This document shows positions 51,650 through 64,000 of a DNA stretch of 64,000 nt, piece by piece. Both the position numbers and the translations under genes were made by a program. The DNA comes from Oopsacas minuta. Lineage: Eukaryota > Animalia > Porifera. The notes beneath the pieces were generated by a model. That model made no database searches. It was not told the origin of the DNA and worked only from the letters and a program-made list of their open reading frames with translations. The DNA is taken from NCBI GenBank assembly GCA_024704765.1, contig JAKMXF010000349.1, positions 1 through 64,000 of the forward strand, given 5' to 3'. Position 1 is the stretch's first letter. Each line of letters opens with the position of its first letter.

Positions 51650-54600
51650 CTTAACTCTTGTTGATAAAATACAATTTGAAGTAGTCATTACAAATTTATG
51701 TGAAGATTTCATCCCCATATATTACAATCATATAATTCTCTCCATTCTCAAATATGATTCTCTTCAATTATTGACATGCTTATTCGCACTAATAAACTTC
51801 GGCATGGGCAAGCATAAAAGTTTTGAGAATTTCTGAGGTATCAATCTATCTTCATAAAAGTTTAATTAAAAATTTTCACGCAATCGATAACCATAGGTGA
51901 TGGAAACATAAGGGAGCCTCTATCTAATAAATCAACAAGTATCTATAGAGAACCAACATCATTTAAAAGATCCACTTTTTTATCAGTCATTAAGAAATTG
52001 TAAAGATTGGTGCATTTATAAATTTTTTCATTTAAGAAAGCACGGAATAACCAGCAACATAAATCAGGCATTCAACTTGTGATAGATTGACGTATTCAAA
52101 TAAACTTTCAATGAAATTGGACCTGATGATAATTTTAATTAAAACAATTTTACAATATTTGTTAGTTGGAGTCTTCTTTCACTCTCTGGTATTTGAGTTT
52201 AGGTAATATAGTAGTGGCTGACAGACATTTGTCTATAGAGCCCGAAGTGATCTTCCAAGGTGACATTTTGAATTCTAGCAGTTAACAAGTAATGGCAATT
52301 CTATACAAGTATGCGTCAAGCTCGTGAAAGCGGTGTATATTATTCAAATTTACCAGATCGAGTATTCTAGCAATCGTTTTAGCACATAGTAGAGTAATCA
52401 TTATGGAACGGATATTGTTTTCAACCCAATTAACATTACAAACATCACAAATATTACTTATTAAGTTTAGAATCTCCAACAGTTGTTATGCTCATGAATT
52501 TCATTATTAATATTGAATGTTTCACTCCACAATATGTACTTGGGTCATTCGAAAAGTTCCCACCCTTAGTTTATAGCAGCTAAACTCTACTCGAATACAT
52601 TACATGAAATACATAGTTATCCTAATAGTCCTATCGATTACCTAATTAATGCTGTTGTGCAATTCACTCTAGCCATTATATATCTTGATCTATCCTACAT
52701 TAAATTTTGTATATTTTCGAGAGTCAACTTTTTCACGGCTTCAAATTACACATCAAGCAAATCGAACAACGAGCCTACATAAAGATTCGAACCATATTCG
52801 GCGACAAACCACTCCAGATACATAAGGATCTCGTCACCATTTATCATGGGGAAGCTCTAGTGTCATCCACTGTAAAGGAATGGGCACGTAAATTTAAGGC
52901 TGGTAGGGGCAGCATTGAAGATGTCCGCCCTCATAACGGAAGACCAATTCCGCTATCACCCCTGAAATTTCCTCTAAATTTCTGGAACTTTTAGATATTG
53001 ACAACCATTTGAGCGTGAGGAGATTACCTTAATCCTGGACATCTCATCGGGACGTTTTCATACAATTCTACACCACTATTTCGAATATCGGCGGGATAGA
53101 TGTCAAAAATCCTCACAAAGGAGTAGAAGGAGAAGAGGGTTTCATGTGCGAAATTTCCTTAAAGCATATAGAATTGTGATTCTCGAAGGCTATATGAAAT
53201 CATTCCTGGTGACGAAACTTGGATTAAATTTTCTGAACCTCTGGGTAAGGAACAAAGCAAATCGTGGCTCCCAGAAGGTTCTTTCCCCCAAAAAGGCGCG
53301 TCCAGACTTCCAAGACGATAAGCTCCTCTACAGCATATTTTTGATGCGTATGGGCCAGTGACTCATATACCTGTGCATACAGGAGAACGACTCAATGGAG
53401 AATTTCACGCGGATAAATGTCTGGAAGAAGTCCAGAAGGTCTATAAGACATGGCGTCCGTATACAGGAACTTAAGGAATATAACCTCTCCACGATAATGC
53501 CAGACCTCATGTTTCAAAATACGTTAGGGAAGTCATTGAAGATATCGAATTTGAAGCGATGGAACCTCCTCCGTATTCCTCAGATCTATCACCTTGTAAT
53601 TTCTGGCTATTTCCTGAGCTGAAAAACATCTCGGAGGACGGCTATTTCATACCCAATAAGAGCTAGGAAAAGGAATTTACCACTACCTCAATTCAGTAGA
53701 CAGAGACTAGTATAAAAACATTTAGAAGTGGGTTGAAAGGCTGATACTATAAATAGATTTATTTGGGAGTATTTCGAACATTTTATGTTATATTTTAATT
53801 AGTAAGTTGTTTAGTGTCAAGATATTTATAACGATGGAAAATTTTTGAATGCCCTAAGTAGATTTATGAATTATCTCAAGTGCAAACCTTACATTTTGTC
53901 TTTCTATTTTTGAAGGCCAGCAAGCTTTAGAAATTAGTCTAGGAGCCCTCTTTAGGATATTTCCATGGGTTTTGACAAATAGCTTTTTGATAGGGATACA
54001 AAGAGCACAAAGATGTGTGACTAAGGGTTCAATGCTCTTGATCACTCGAAAATACTTTAATTAAACTAACATTTAAAGTATAATTCACCTTACACAGAGC
54101 TTCAACGAATAAGTTACAAGCTTTAATATCCAAAATGATATGTTAAATAATCGGAAAAGTTGTTTTGCTGACGAAGTGCCAAGTGTTATCAAACGAACAA
54201 GAATTTTTTGCCAAGCTCGAAAACTATAACCAAATATGCGGTAGTCGGACGATCTTCAGAGTTATCTATAGATCAGATATTTTACCACCTTTATAACTCA
54301 CATTAGTTCGGATTTGCATTTCATCCATTTGAATAATTACGTGGCAGTCTATTTGGAAATATCTGACTTGATATGACTATTTTACCAAAATAATGAGTTA
54401 TGTTTAACGTCAGTGATAGTCCAGCCAATATTTAAATCAAGTAAATCTATTATATTTAACAAATCTTGCAAGTTAGATACTAAGAATTTAACAAACTTAT
54501 TCCTCTGATCAACTCTGCTCACCATAAGTGCATTTTGTAGCACCTCTCCTTCACTTTGTTCTAGTCTCTTTGTCCTCTCTTATTGTGACATAAAAATTGG

Positions 54601-55140
54601 GCAGTTTGGAAATATGGTTTGAAACGCTGGCTCCAACAAGGCCATCTGACTCGGTGCTTCACTTTCCACTCCACTCCATAAGAATAGTGATATTCTTCAC
54701 AATGCCCTCTTCTCTGGAATGGTTGATGCACATCTAGAAGATTAATTCAGTAACCAAATGTGATAATTATTTAGAAAGGAATTAGTAAAATTTCAATCTA
54801 GTAAAATCGTAAGAAATTTTAGATCAGTACTGTCTTTTTCAGAATTTCGAAAAGTGTGGTGTTTACAATTCAATTCAAACTAGGGTATGTATAAGTGCAA
54901 ATGAATTTATCAACTAACACTTAACTTTGGCGTTTCCTTCATAATCCTCTCTCGGTCTAGAGACAGCCCTGAACAACCTCACATATATCTCTTTATCCTT
55001 GGGCAATGAAAAATGTTGGCGTACGATACTCCTTGCTCTTGTAATTCGAATTATATATTGGCCTACGCAAGACGTCTTCGTTTCGGTAATAAATGAGTAT
55101 TCAAGTAATAGGTCAACATGTATAATTGATTGAATCAAAG
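51650..55140 (-). mobile_element. Decayed P-element/THAP9-like transposase, split by mariner
   Basis: THAP-like start (SCV...FSLPKDKEIY...SR) near 55000-55100, IQMDEMQI...YKGG near 54300, KACWPSKIERQNVRFALEI at 53854-54045, and LIYVAGY and LDRGSLMFPS near 51900-52080. Boundaries are approximate. Confidence 0.65.
52539..53858 (+). mobile_element. mariner transposon, full length, frameshifted
   Basis: TA-flanked TIRs CTT(G/A)GG(T/G)CATTC(G/A)AAAA. Motifs EQRAYIKIR...TVKEWARKFKAGR, GDETW, HDNARPH and PYSSDLSPCNFW. Confidence 0.9.
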
Positions 55141-55899
55141 AAAAAATTAGTAAACAAATCTGTATACAGTGTAATATATTTCTACTATATAGTATCCTAG
55201 TGTAAAATTTGGAGCCTAAAATCTAGCCAATCAAATTGGAGTATTGAATACAGCATTAACATATCCATGGTAACCCGAATTCAAGGCAGTGCCAGTGCCT
55301 TAGTGTATTAGAATGCTATGATCTATGCTATTTCAACAAAATTATGGAAATACTCAAATGAATCATAGCATGGGAGAATTATAGTAGGGGACTGCTTACT
55401 TATTTGGTATAATTCTGTCAAGATACGACAAGTAGCACTAATCTTGAATATCCGTGAGAATAAGTCAACAATTTTTCTAAAATTCGGCTTCATTATAGAC
55501 ACCCACTCGCAAAGATAATATGCGGAATTTGTGCATAAATAGGCCGGATGTTATTATATATGATTGGGTGAGCCAATGTTTCTGTCAGCATATTGGTGGA
55601 ATGCAAATGCCATTATTGAAATTGAATGGATGTAAGCTGCCTCCTCGCTGCGTACTCACTCTAACTCATCATTTACTATGTCAGCACTCTCAAAACAGGA
55701 TGAAATCGTAATTCGTTACTCAACCAATTGTTTTGCTGACTTAGAATTGAATGCCGCCAATCTTTTCAATGCTACAGTGAATACCATTAGGTGAAATACT
55801 TTACTACATACTACACTTATCAAACTTATTGTTATACGTACTTCTGCATTGATATTGGAAATGATAGTCATTAAAAGAACCAGGATTGTCCTGGTCATA

Positions 55900-58600
55900 A
55901 ACCAGCTATGTCTGAAGCTGATCGTAGGCGTTTACTTCGCCAAAACGAATCTCAGGAAGAAAGAGTGGATCGTCTTTACATACAAAGGGACCGACAAGTT
56001 TTGAGAGCTTCCCAATCTGACTACGAGACTCCTCAGCGCTTAAAACACCAGTGATCTCGAGCTGATCTCAGAGAAAGTGAATCTGCAGATAGCTCCGCTG
56101 AGAGATTTGAGTAGTAAAGCTAATCTCAGAAGCAAAGGCTGAACACAAGCACATTGTTAGTCTGAAGTCTCGGGTTGAGTTATATGCTACAAGTAGTCAT
56201 TAATTTTAAGAGATTTCTCAACTTAGCTCTATCGTAATTTATATGTGAGGTTAGTGATACCATCCTATCCCAACATTCACTCGGTTACATGTCCTTTAGC
56301 TTAGATTTATGCGATGCAATGTTTTCTGAAAGTGAAAAACTATCTACTAGCACCACGGCATGTATTAAGTTCTCCTTCTGTTGCAACGCTAAGCTTGGTA
56401 TGTATACGTTCTGTATACATGGGGTAGTACACCATTTAATTGATAGATTAATCCCCGAAGTTGGAGAGCCGCCTAAATTCGCTCAAATATATATCCATGA
56501 AGGCACTCCAGATGCTGAGTTAGAAAACCTTCAGAGGTACTTGGGCGTAACCTGTCGCCCTGAATTAAAAAGATTAAAACAGATGTTACATTATGCCAAC
56601 CCCTATGTTTCTTGCTTTAGACATGCTATAGATCATATGCGTAACATGAATACAATGGATATACATCTCACTATCCTAGAATGTGGTATTGGAGATCCAA
56701 GAACAGCTCTGCCGACATTGTTCTGAATGTCAGACATGGCGGAATGAAAACATAACAGAATTACACCGTTCTTATTATTCATTCCATTATGTATTGTTAT
56801 TCCCCTTGGTTGTGAAGGACGACTTAATATCCCAAATAGTGAAAGTTAAGGTACTGTCACAGCACTAGACTTCTACTGCTACCGACTGATGGTTAGAAGT
56901 GGATTTAATCACTTACACCTCTCTGGCAGGCTATTTCACCAATGAATCGTTGATATGTATACCAGAATTTAGCAGCAGAAACTTAACTATTTATAGTTAC
57001 ATCAGCACATCCGAGTTGATCTATACAGCGAATTAGCTGATGCTCTTGCTAGAAACTTTATCAAGACGCAATGACACTTTTCCGGAGGTATGGAAAACCT
57101 CATATATTTGTTACGTTTACCTGTAATTCCCTTTGGTCTGAAATATCTAATGGTCTTCTGATTTGCTAGAAAACGAACGATAGACCTGACATAACTGTGC
57201 GAGTTTTTAGATTAAAATTACGAGAACTCGTAAGCAATAACCTCAAAAACTTATCATTGGTAGACCGTATGATCCATGGTCCGTATGGACATGTTCTTCG
57301 CCTTTACCACAACTGCCAAGGATGGTATAGACGTAGAGAACACTTACATACTGTAGAGTAGGTGGTATTAATCTAGATAATAGATGAATGTACCTTACAA
57401 TCCGTATCTGTTGTTAATGTTGAAATCCGTACCACAGTATTGGCAGTTAAGTACCTATATAAGTATGTTTATGAAGGTTCGATAGATCCATTACTAAGAT
57501 CCGTTCTTGTAAAGATAGTGGTAAATCCGGAGAGAATAATGAAATTCATAATTATAAAGAACCAAGATATGTTTTTGCATGTGAAGCCTGCTATAGAATA
57601 TGCTTCTTTGGACTCTATGCAAATTTGCCACGCGTAAGGCTAGTTCTTCGTCTGAAGAATAAGCAAAGCATTGGGTTCAAGGGAACTGTTGTTATTAATG
57701 CTGTGGTGGGAAACTTGGGCCATTCCACGCTAATGGGATGGTTCTTGGCTAACCAAAAATTACCATCTGCCCGATAATATTCCTACATAAATTTTCTCGA
57801 ACACTTTGTAATTGATAAAATTAAGGGAGAATGAAAGGGGCGAGTGAAAGGGTTCGGTACAACAATTGACCAAGTGTATTCCCCTCATTCAGGTTAGGGT
57901 AAGAGGTTCTATATGAGAATGCTATTGAACTATGTTACTGGTTGTACTAGCTTTAGTATATCCGTACTCTTCCCAACGGTACCGTTTGTGATACATTTAA
58001 GGATGGCGTCTGTAAGCGAGGATTGTTAGAGGATTACTATGAATAAGATATGTGTTAGATGAAGCTAATTCTGTGGAAAAATCCACTGCCATCAATTTTC
58101 TTTCAGAATTTCTAAATTTCATTACACCTAATGGTATGCCACAACATCGCCTATTCTTGAAACAATTTGCATCAAATATTTTATTGCGAAAGCTTGATCT
58201 CATGAAGGCTTATGTAATGCTACTCGCTTGATTGTGACGGCATTTTAAATCGATATTGACGCAGAAATCGCCACAGGCGTATACAAAGGTGAACGTGTGC
58301 TTATACAACGATACTCTTACTTTGTCTGAATCTGAACCTCCTTTTATTCTCAGAGAATTCCCTATCCCCTTAGCCAATTGCCTAACTGTAAATAAAGGTC
58401 AAGGACAGAGTTTGGATACCTTGGGTATATGTCTCCGATCCCTGTTTCAATTATTAACTATGGACAGCTTTATGTTGCATTAAGCAGGGTCACAAATCCA
58501 ATAGGATTGAAAGTTATGGTGTGTCCACCTCATAATCAACTACAGGAGGAGTATGGATTAGAAATGTAGTCTATAGGGAAGTGTTTAAAACATTGTGAGA
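55900..58600 (+). mobile_element. Decayed Helitron (RepHel)
   Basis: Fragments PPKFAQIYIHE, LKQMLHYANPY, FYCYRLMVR...GRLFHQ, FVTFTCN, DRPD..VRVF, VPYNPYLL, VKYLYKYVYEG, FYMRMLL, TVNKGQGQSL, GQLYVALSRV and RNVVYREV. Many stops and large deletions. Confidence 0.88.
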
Positions 58601-59400
58601 CTAATCAACTATCACAAATATGAAGTCATGCAATTGTTAGTGAAGTTAATGGAAAAGAGTTTTTGAAATTACCCTCTCAACAACTTGTTAATATAACTCG
58701 CCCACCCAATTCCAACATTGAGATCATAGAGGCCTCTCTGCTACACGCATATCTTTGTGTCTCATTTATCATCTAGACTCAGGTTACAAAGGATGGTCGC
58801 CAATTAACACAAACGTGCAAGCGTCAATGAAACACATTAGATCCGTCATTGAAGATAAGTGTAGTATTGGTGTGAACATTCCTTCAAGCCATGGTGGTGT
58901 TCCGACAACTGGAAATGTGGCGCGTGACTGTTTTATGGATAAGAGAGATTTCCAGAAATGGGTTACATCTTCAATTGATCCCGTTCACAAACCAGAACTT
59001 GAAATAATTCAAACCAATCTATCAGTAATTTTGAGGCTGGTCAACAGTGGTGAACAGATCAACTATAATAAGTTTGCGGAATTATGCAAAGAAACATCAA
59101 TCCTCTAAGAGTTCCCTTGGGCAACTAGAAACCTTCCATGCATAAATTACTTTCCCATTATTTCCATATAATTCATCTTCATAATGGAGGATACGGTTGG
59201 AAAAATCTTTCAGAAGAATGCCTAGAAGGCTGTAACAAGCATGTACGACATTTTTCGTGAAAATTTAGCTCGTAAGACATCCTTAGTAGCATTGTAGGTG
59301 ATGTATTAGTCCGGATATTGTATAATAGTTCTCCAATACTGGTATAAAATCTTTCAAAACAACAAAGGTAACTGTGAATCAAGTCACTAATTGAGTACAA
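58600..59400 (+). pseudogene. C-terminal fragment of a third RAG1-like/Transib transposase
   Basis: ASLLHAYLC, YHLDSG..GWSP, GGVPTTGNVARDCF, LSVILRLVNS, LHKLL and SEECLEGCNK...ENLARKTS. Clearly related to, but distinct from, element 2. No termini were found. Confidence 0.88.
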
Positions 59401-59639
59401 TAATACTTTATTTAATAATAGACTTATGAAATTATCAAATGACTCGTTAGTTTCTATAATACTAAGTATCTACTTTTGTTAGCAAGAGAAATACATAATA
59501 TTGGTTGCTTACTCGCTATGAATATAGTGGTTGAATTACTTGTTATTATCATTATTACCGACACATAAAATTCGTTTAATTAAATTTTAAAAGGTGAATT
59601 CGTTTGAGAAATTTTAAGAGATCTTATTAAACTCAAAAC

Positions 59640-62116
59640 CGTGTGAACAAATGTCTCATTTTCACAACCACACACAAAAACTAACTATAACCCCCTATTT
59701 GAATACAAGAATCTCCTGCCGTGTTTACACCCTGATATGATACCAAAAATTATCCATCAATCAACTGTTCTAGTATTGATGCTCCTAATAGCTTAAATTC
59801 TTCTTTATCCGACTTCCCTTCTGATGAAGAGGACACAGATATTTTAGTCGATACCAGAGACATTTCAACATTCAGCGTCTTAAGAATCTTATTTCTGAAA
59901 ATTTCTTTCTAGCATTCCAAGGTTATCCAAAATTTATTACAACCAGCTGGGCGGTTCAAAATCAGAAAGATCCGTGAGCATCGACATCGCAAACATTTGT
60001 CATATAATAAATAGTGTTGGCGAGAAACAATTTTTTGTTGTCAATTCTATAAACAAATATATTACTAAAGAATCTAAATCAGGCAAGGCCCCCATTACTG
60101 TGCATTCGAGAGTTCGATCGCTCTTCAGATTTACCGATTATCTAAGAAATCATGAAAATAATATTCTTCCTTCCCCAGATTTTGAACGTTTGCATAAGGG
60201 AGTTGAAAAATCTTTGGTGGGTCAAAGAAATAAGAGGATGAAATCTGTAATGTCGATAAACAGAAACAACTTTGAACATACTACCCAGGTTGTACAGAAG
60301 TGGAGAAATAGAAGGCACAAATATGAGCACATGGATCTATTCGAATCGTATACAAATTTTTCCAATCCCCTCTCAAAAGATCCATATTGTAGATGAGAAA
60401 CTATCTAATCTGTGAGATAATTATTCCAAACGCTCAACGAGCAGGGATAATATCTGGTATGTTGATCCAAGAGGTTGAGGAGGCCAGGTCACTTGATGAT
60501 TCTGAACATCTTCAAATCCATGTTGCGAATCATAAGACCGGACACATCCAATGCGCAAGTATTTTTCTCTATTCTTCCACATTTCGTGCTCTTAAAATAT
60601 TCACACAGATCATTCTTCCGAAATTGGAGATTTATTCCTCGGGAAAATCTAACCTAGGGCCTTATAGTCCAGTTTTCCAGATATTTGAAGGCAAAAATGT
60701 GGAGAGCTCCTTGGTAACCCCCTTTATTAGAAGGTGTTTGAAAGATATGGAAATTCAATACTTTGGCACTGTTACAGATTTTAGACGTGCTGCCGCATCC
60801 TTGACTGGTAGGCATAAACCCCATCTTGTAGAAGCAATGTCGCTTTTCTTAGGACACAGTCGCCGAGCTCACGACAAATATTATCGGATACAGTTTGGCC
60901 ATTTCGGATTGATTGATGCATTTATTGAGCTCGAAAAATTGCAGACGGATCCATTTATTGAGAAATCTGATGTGAGTGACCCTACTGTTGCTCTTTTGAC
61001 TACCTTTCTTGATTCTTCTAACTTTTTAAATTGTTCTACCTTGGTTCCTCAGGATGATTTGTTATTTGATCCGCTTTCTCCTACTATTTTAGAATTCACT
61101 ACCAATTCGACTATTTTGTCTCTTCTAAATCACCCTGTATCTGATTATCAAACGGAGACAATTATTTCACAACTCAATTACAGTTGTTCAAATGTGTCTC
61201 CTCTGAATAATTCTTTACTTGATGGTAATAGAATGTCTATTGTTTCAGAATTAGCATCCAGTTGTCCTTCAGCTGTATCACTTCATTCTGAAACTTTTAA
61301 CTCTCCTGAACACTCCCCTTTTATTGCTTCTAGCCCTAAAAAACAAGATTCTGTCCTTAATGCCTCTATGAATCGGCATGAATCTCAACAGGATAGCGAC
61401 AAATCGGTATTAGATTCTGGAAATTCTTTTGTTAGGAGTGATCGAATATTTCTCAAAGAATTTTCTATTCAAATTCCTCAACTTAATATCCGTACATTGC
61501 AAAGTGCTAAGTCCACTAATAGCAGTTTGACGAACCATGTATGTATTAATGATATGCGAAATATCAGAAAGAGTCTATTCTCTCTTAAGTCTGACGAGAC
61601 CTTATTTTTTAACGTTTTCCAAAATTCATTTCCCGTGTCGAATATCACCCACCTGTTTCCAAGGCAGAAGTAACCCATAAGGCACATAATACCTCAGAGT
61701 TTATTCCAGTTTTATTGCGCTTAAAGTCTAGGCATACAGGTGATGTATATCAGAAGATATACGCTAAATTCCGAACGGTTGGAAATGTATTGAAAAGCTG
61801 CGATGGGAACATTCTTCAAACCTTACTCCTTCTACTAAATCGCGATTAGAGTTAACTTTTGAAATCGGACATCATAAGAGTATTTTCTTCTACGGAAAAG
61901 TGAGAATTTTTTTTTCTAGTATTCTCAGATATGATATCAAGAATTAGTGAACGTAAGATTGTTAGAAAAATCGAAATTTTAGATCGATCATACTCTAGTG
62001 CAGAATTATCTACACTTATTGATAAATTACATTCTTCTTCTTCATTATCTACCATAGATAAAAGGATATTCAATAAAGTACGTTCGATGGGATATGCATT
62101 GCGTAAACAGCACTGA
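59640..62116 (+). pseudogene. Tyrosine-recombinase (Crypton-like) ORF, frameshifted
   Basis: ORFs 59974-60396 and 60393-61673 carry catalytic-type motifs NAQRAG (R), HKTG (K), TDFRR (R), LGHS (H) and DKYY (Y), followed by a Ser-rich tail. A possible C-terminal piece lies at 61931-62116. The start is approximate. Confidence 0.8.
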
Positions 62117-63003
62117 TTCTCTTATCACAAATTTCCTACATTACATTTCGAATTCATAGTCCTTGAAATTTTCAATAATTGAGTTTTATTAAAAAATTTC
62201 AAACATTTTCATAGGTAAAAATTGTATCAATCTCATAGCTGTTGGGTTTTTATGCTTGTACTGCAGACGTTGATTATTGAAGAATTCATATTTCTTTCGC
62301 TTATTGTACGATTTACTTTGTTGATTCTCAAAGTGTTGAACCGTTTCACATTTCTCGCACGCGTGAAATTTTCCGATAGTTGGATTTTTTTATTGTATTC
62401 CTATATAACATTTGTTTTATTCTTTAGACTATCCCTGTATAAATTTGTTAACTAGGGTAACAATTTCTTGAAAATTGTTTGATCAACTATTTTATGAGTA
62501 TTTCTCCAATATTTGGCTTCATTTCACGTGTTGAGTAATGTCACATCAGTTTTGTCATAATCTTGTATTGCATTCTTGTTCATTACATTACCTAAGCGGC
62601 AAAACTATGTCTAGTATGACATGAAGCTATGGATAATACTTTGATCGACTGCAAGGCAATTATTGTATTGAGTATCGTCGATTTCCGTACTATTTTTTTA
62701 TATTGATACATCAATTTGTATAGAAATTTTTGAGCAAAACAAATTGTCTCTAATACATATATATTTGAGGTGACCTCTGCTTATTGCTCAACTCTCTGTC
62801 TAATGTATTATTATGAATTGTAGCAGGTCCTGATCGTTTTGAAATGTCTTTAGATTGATGATCAAATTCCTCTAGTTAATCAAAAGCATAGTGTCATGTA
62901 TTCATGCTAAAGTTGTATTTTGGCTGACTAGATCAAAAGATTAATTTTCTACTATTCGAACAGTTAATAATTCATCATGTCTGATTGAATCATTCAACAG
63001 ATA

Positions 63004-63120
63004 CAGTGAAAGACATTTCATCGGGAGACGGATAAACGTGAGACGCACTTAATTGGGACATTCGGTTATACGTGACAAAATTCCGACTTCGATGACTTCC
63101 CGATTAAGTGTCTTCCACTG
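63004..63120. mobile_element. 117-bp pogo-like MITE
   Basis: CAGTGAAAGACATTTCATCGGGAG ... CTTCCCGATTAAGTGTCTTCCACTG. Left flank TA, right flank TG. Confidence 0.7.
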
Positions 63121-63689
63121 TGCTTCACATATTTTTGATTTATCCACAAGTATATGCTTCTATATTTTGCCTAAAATTCTGGAGTGTACAAGTCCCGATA
63201 ACAGAGTTTGCAACGTATAATGGGAGTCTTGTTGCACTTTACTTCTCGTTTACTCAATCTGCAATCTATAGTATTGCCTGTTAATGTGAATTGTGCATAA
63301 TCCAAGCGCTTTCTATGTTTTCTAATGAATTCATGGACTGGAGATACAAATTTCCCCAAATACATTCATTAATTTTTGTGGAAATGTAAAATCTTTGCTC
63401 GTTTTCGAAAGTAGATTAAGTCTATGGTCGAATTTGACTGTATTTATGCCCAAGAATATTTTGCTATTTCAATCAGTCAGATACTAGTCTGAAACTTTAG
63501 GTAAACGTACGACTATGCTAATACCATTTCTTTGAGACCTTAATTTTATGGAATACAATATGAGCACCAATCGTGCATTAGTTTGAATATATTAGGGACT
63601 TTGCAACACTTGATTTGACGATTGTATATTGTCGTTACTTATTTTCCTTTCTCTACAAAATTTGAAATTTCATCAGATTCCAGGTTATA

Positions 63690-64000
63690 CGAGTGGTACT
63701 CAATAACCTTTGAGCCTAAGAATCAAAAAGTATCAATCTGTATTTATATTTACTATAATTGTTCGAAATAGCATCACTTAGCTTGAATACACTTGTTCAT
63801 TCGTTTAACCAAGCTTGAATAGCTCTTCAAATTCATTTTTCGTTGATGTCTCCGATTATATCTTTGAGGGACCCCAGGATCAGAATTTGGTGAAGATTTC
63901 TGCCTCTAAGGTATTTTTTATTCTATGAAAGAGCCAGAAGTCGCAGGGTGCTAGATCTGGAGAATAAGGGGGGGTAGAAAAATATGTAATCCTGATTCTT
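63690..64000 (-). mobile_element. 3' end of a second copy of the 16320 mariner family (runs off the window)
   Basis: TA followed by CGAGTGGTACTCAATAACCTTTGAGCC, with downstream sequence collinear with 16320-16630. Confidence 0.92.

Noticed and set aside
2692-63122. Other CACAGTG/CACTGTG heptamers (2692, 11710, 22061, 36770, 40888, 43244, 45945, 63116) as cryptic RSSs or further element ends
   Set aside because: None has a partner end, shared internal box or 5-bp TSD. The hits at 11710 and 63116 are explained by pogo-type CAGTG ends, and this number of 7-mer hits is unremarkable in 64 kb.

Overview
AT-rich animal-type genomic DNA that is almost entirely repeat-derived. Only two intact host genes are recognisable, both intronless: mitochondrial pyruvate dehydrogenase E1-beta (38612-39679, +) and a PPP1R14/CPI-17-family PP1 inhibitor (45534-45884, -). 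The first 11.4 kb is dominated by a satellite family (about 58-59 bp and 174 bp periods) broken by transposon insertions. The rest is a nested set of decayed DNA transposons: Tc1-like (three DD37E-spaced copies plus another), mariner, maT-like, rosa/DD41D, pogo, two hAT lineages, Chapaev3, Ginger2-like, P/THAP9-like, Mutator-like, a Helitron and a tyrosine-recombinase element. The most notable content is three distinct RAG1-like (Transib-superfamily) transposase loci. Two are complete elements (12936-16174 and 33382-36306) with exact 5-bp target-site duplications and termini starting with the perfect RSS heptamer CACAGTG. Their ends are bipartite with unequal spacers (14 vs 23 bp in one element). 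Both encode a region alignable to the RAG1 nonamer-binding domain, one has a Cx2Cx3GHx5C tail, and neither has a RAG2-like gene. All transposases are pseudogenised. The host species cannot be determined from the sequence; an intron-poor invertebrate such as a glass sponge is a guess only. Family names come from recalled motifs read by eye, not from database searches.
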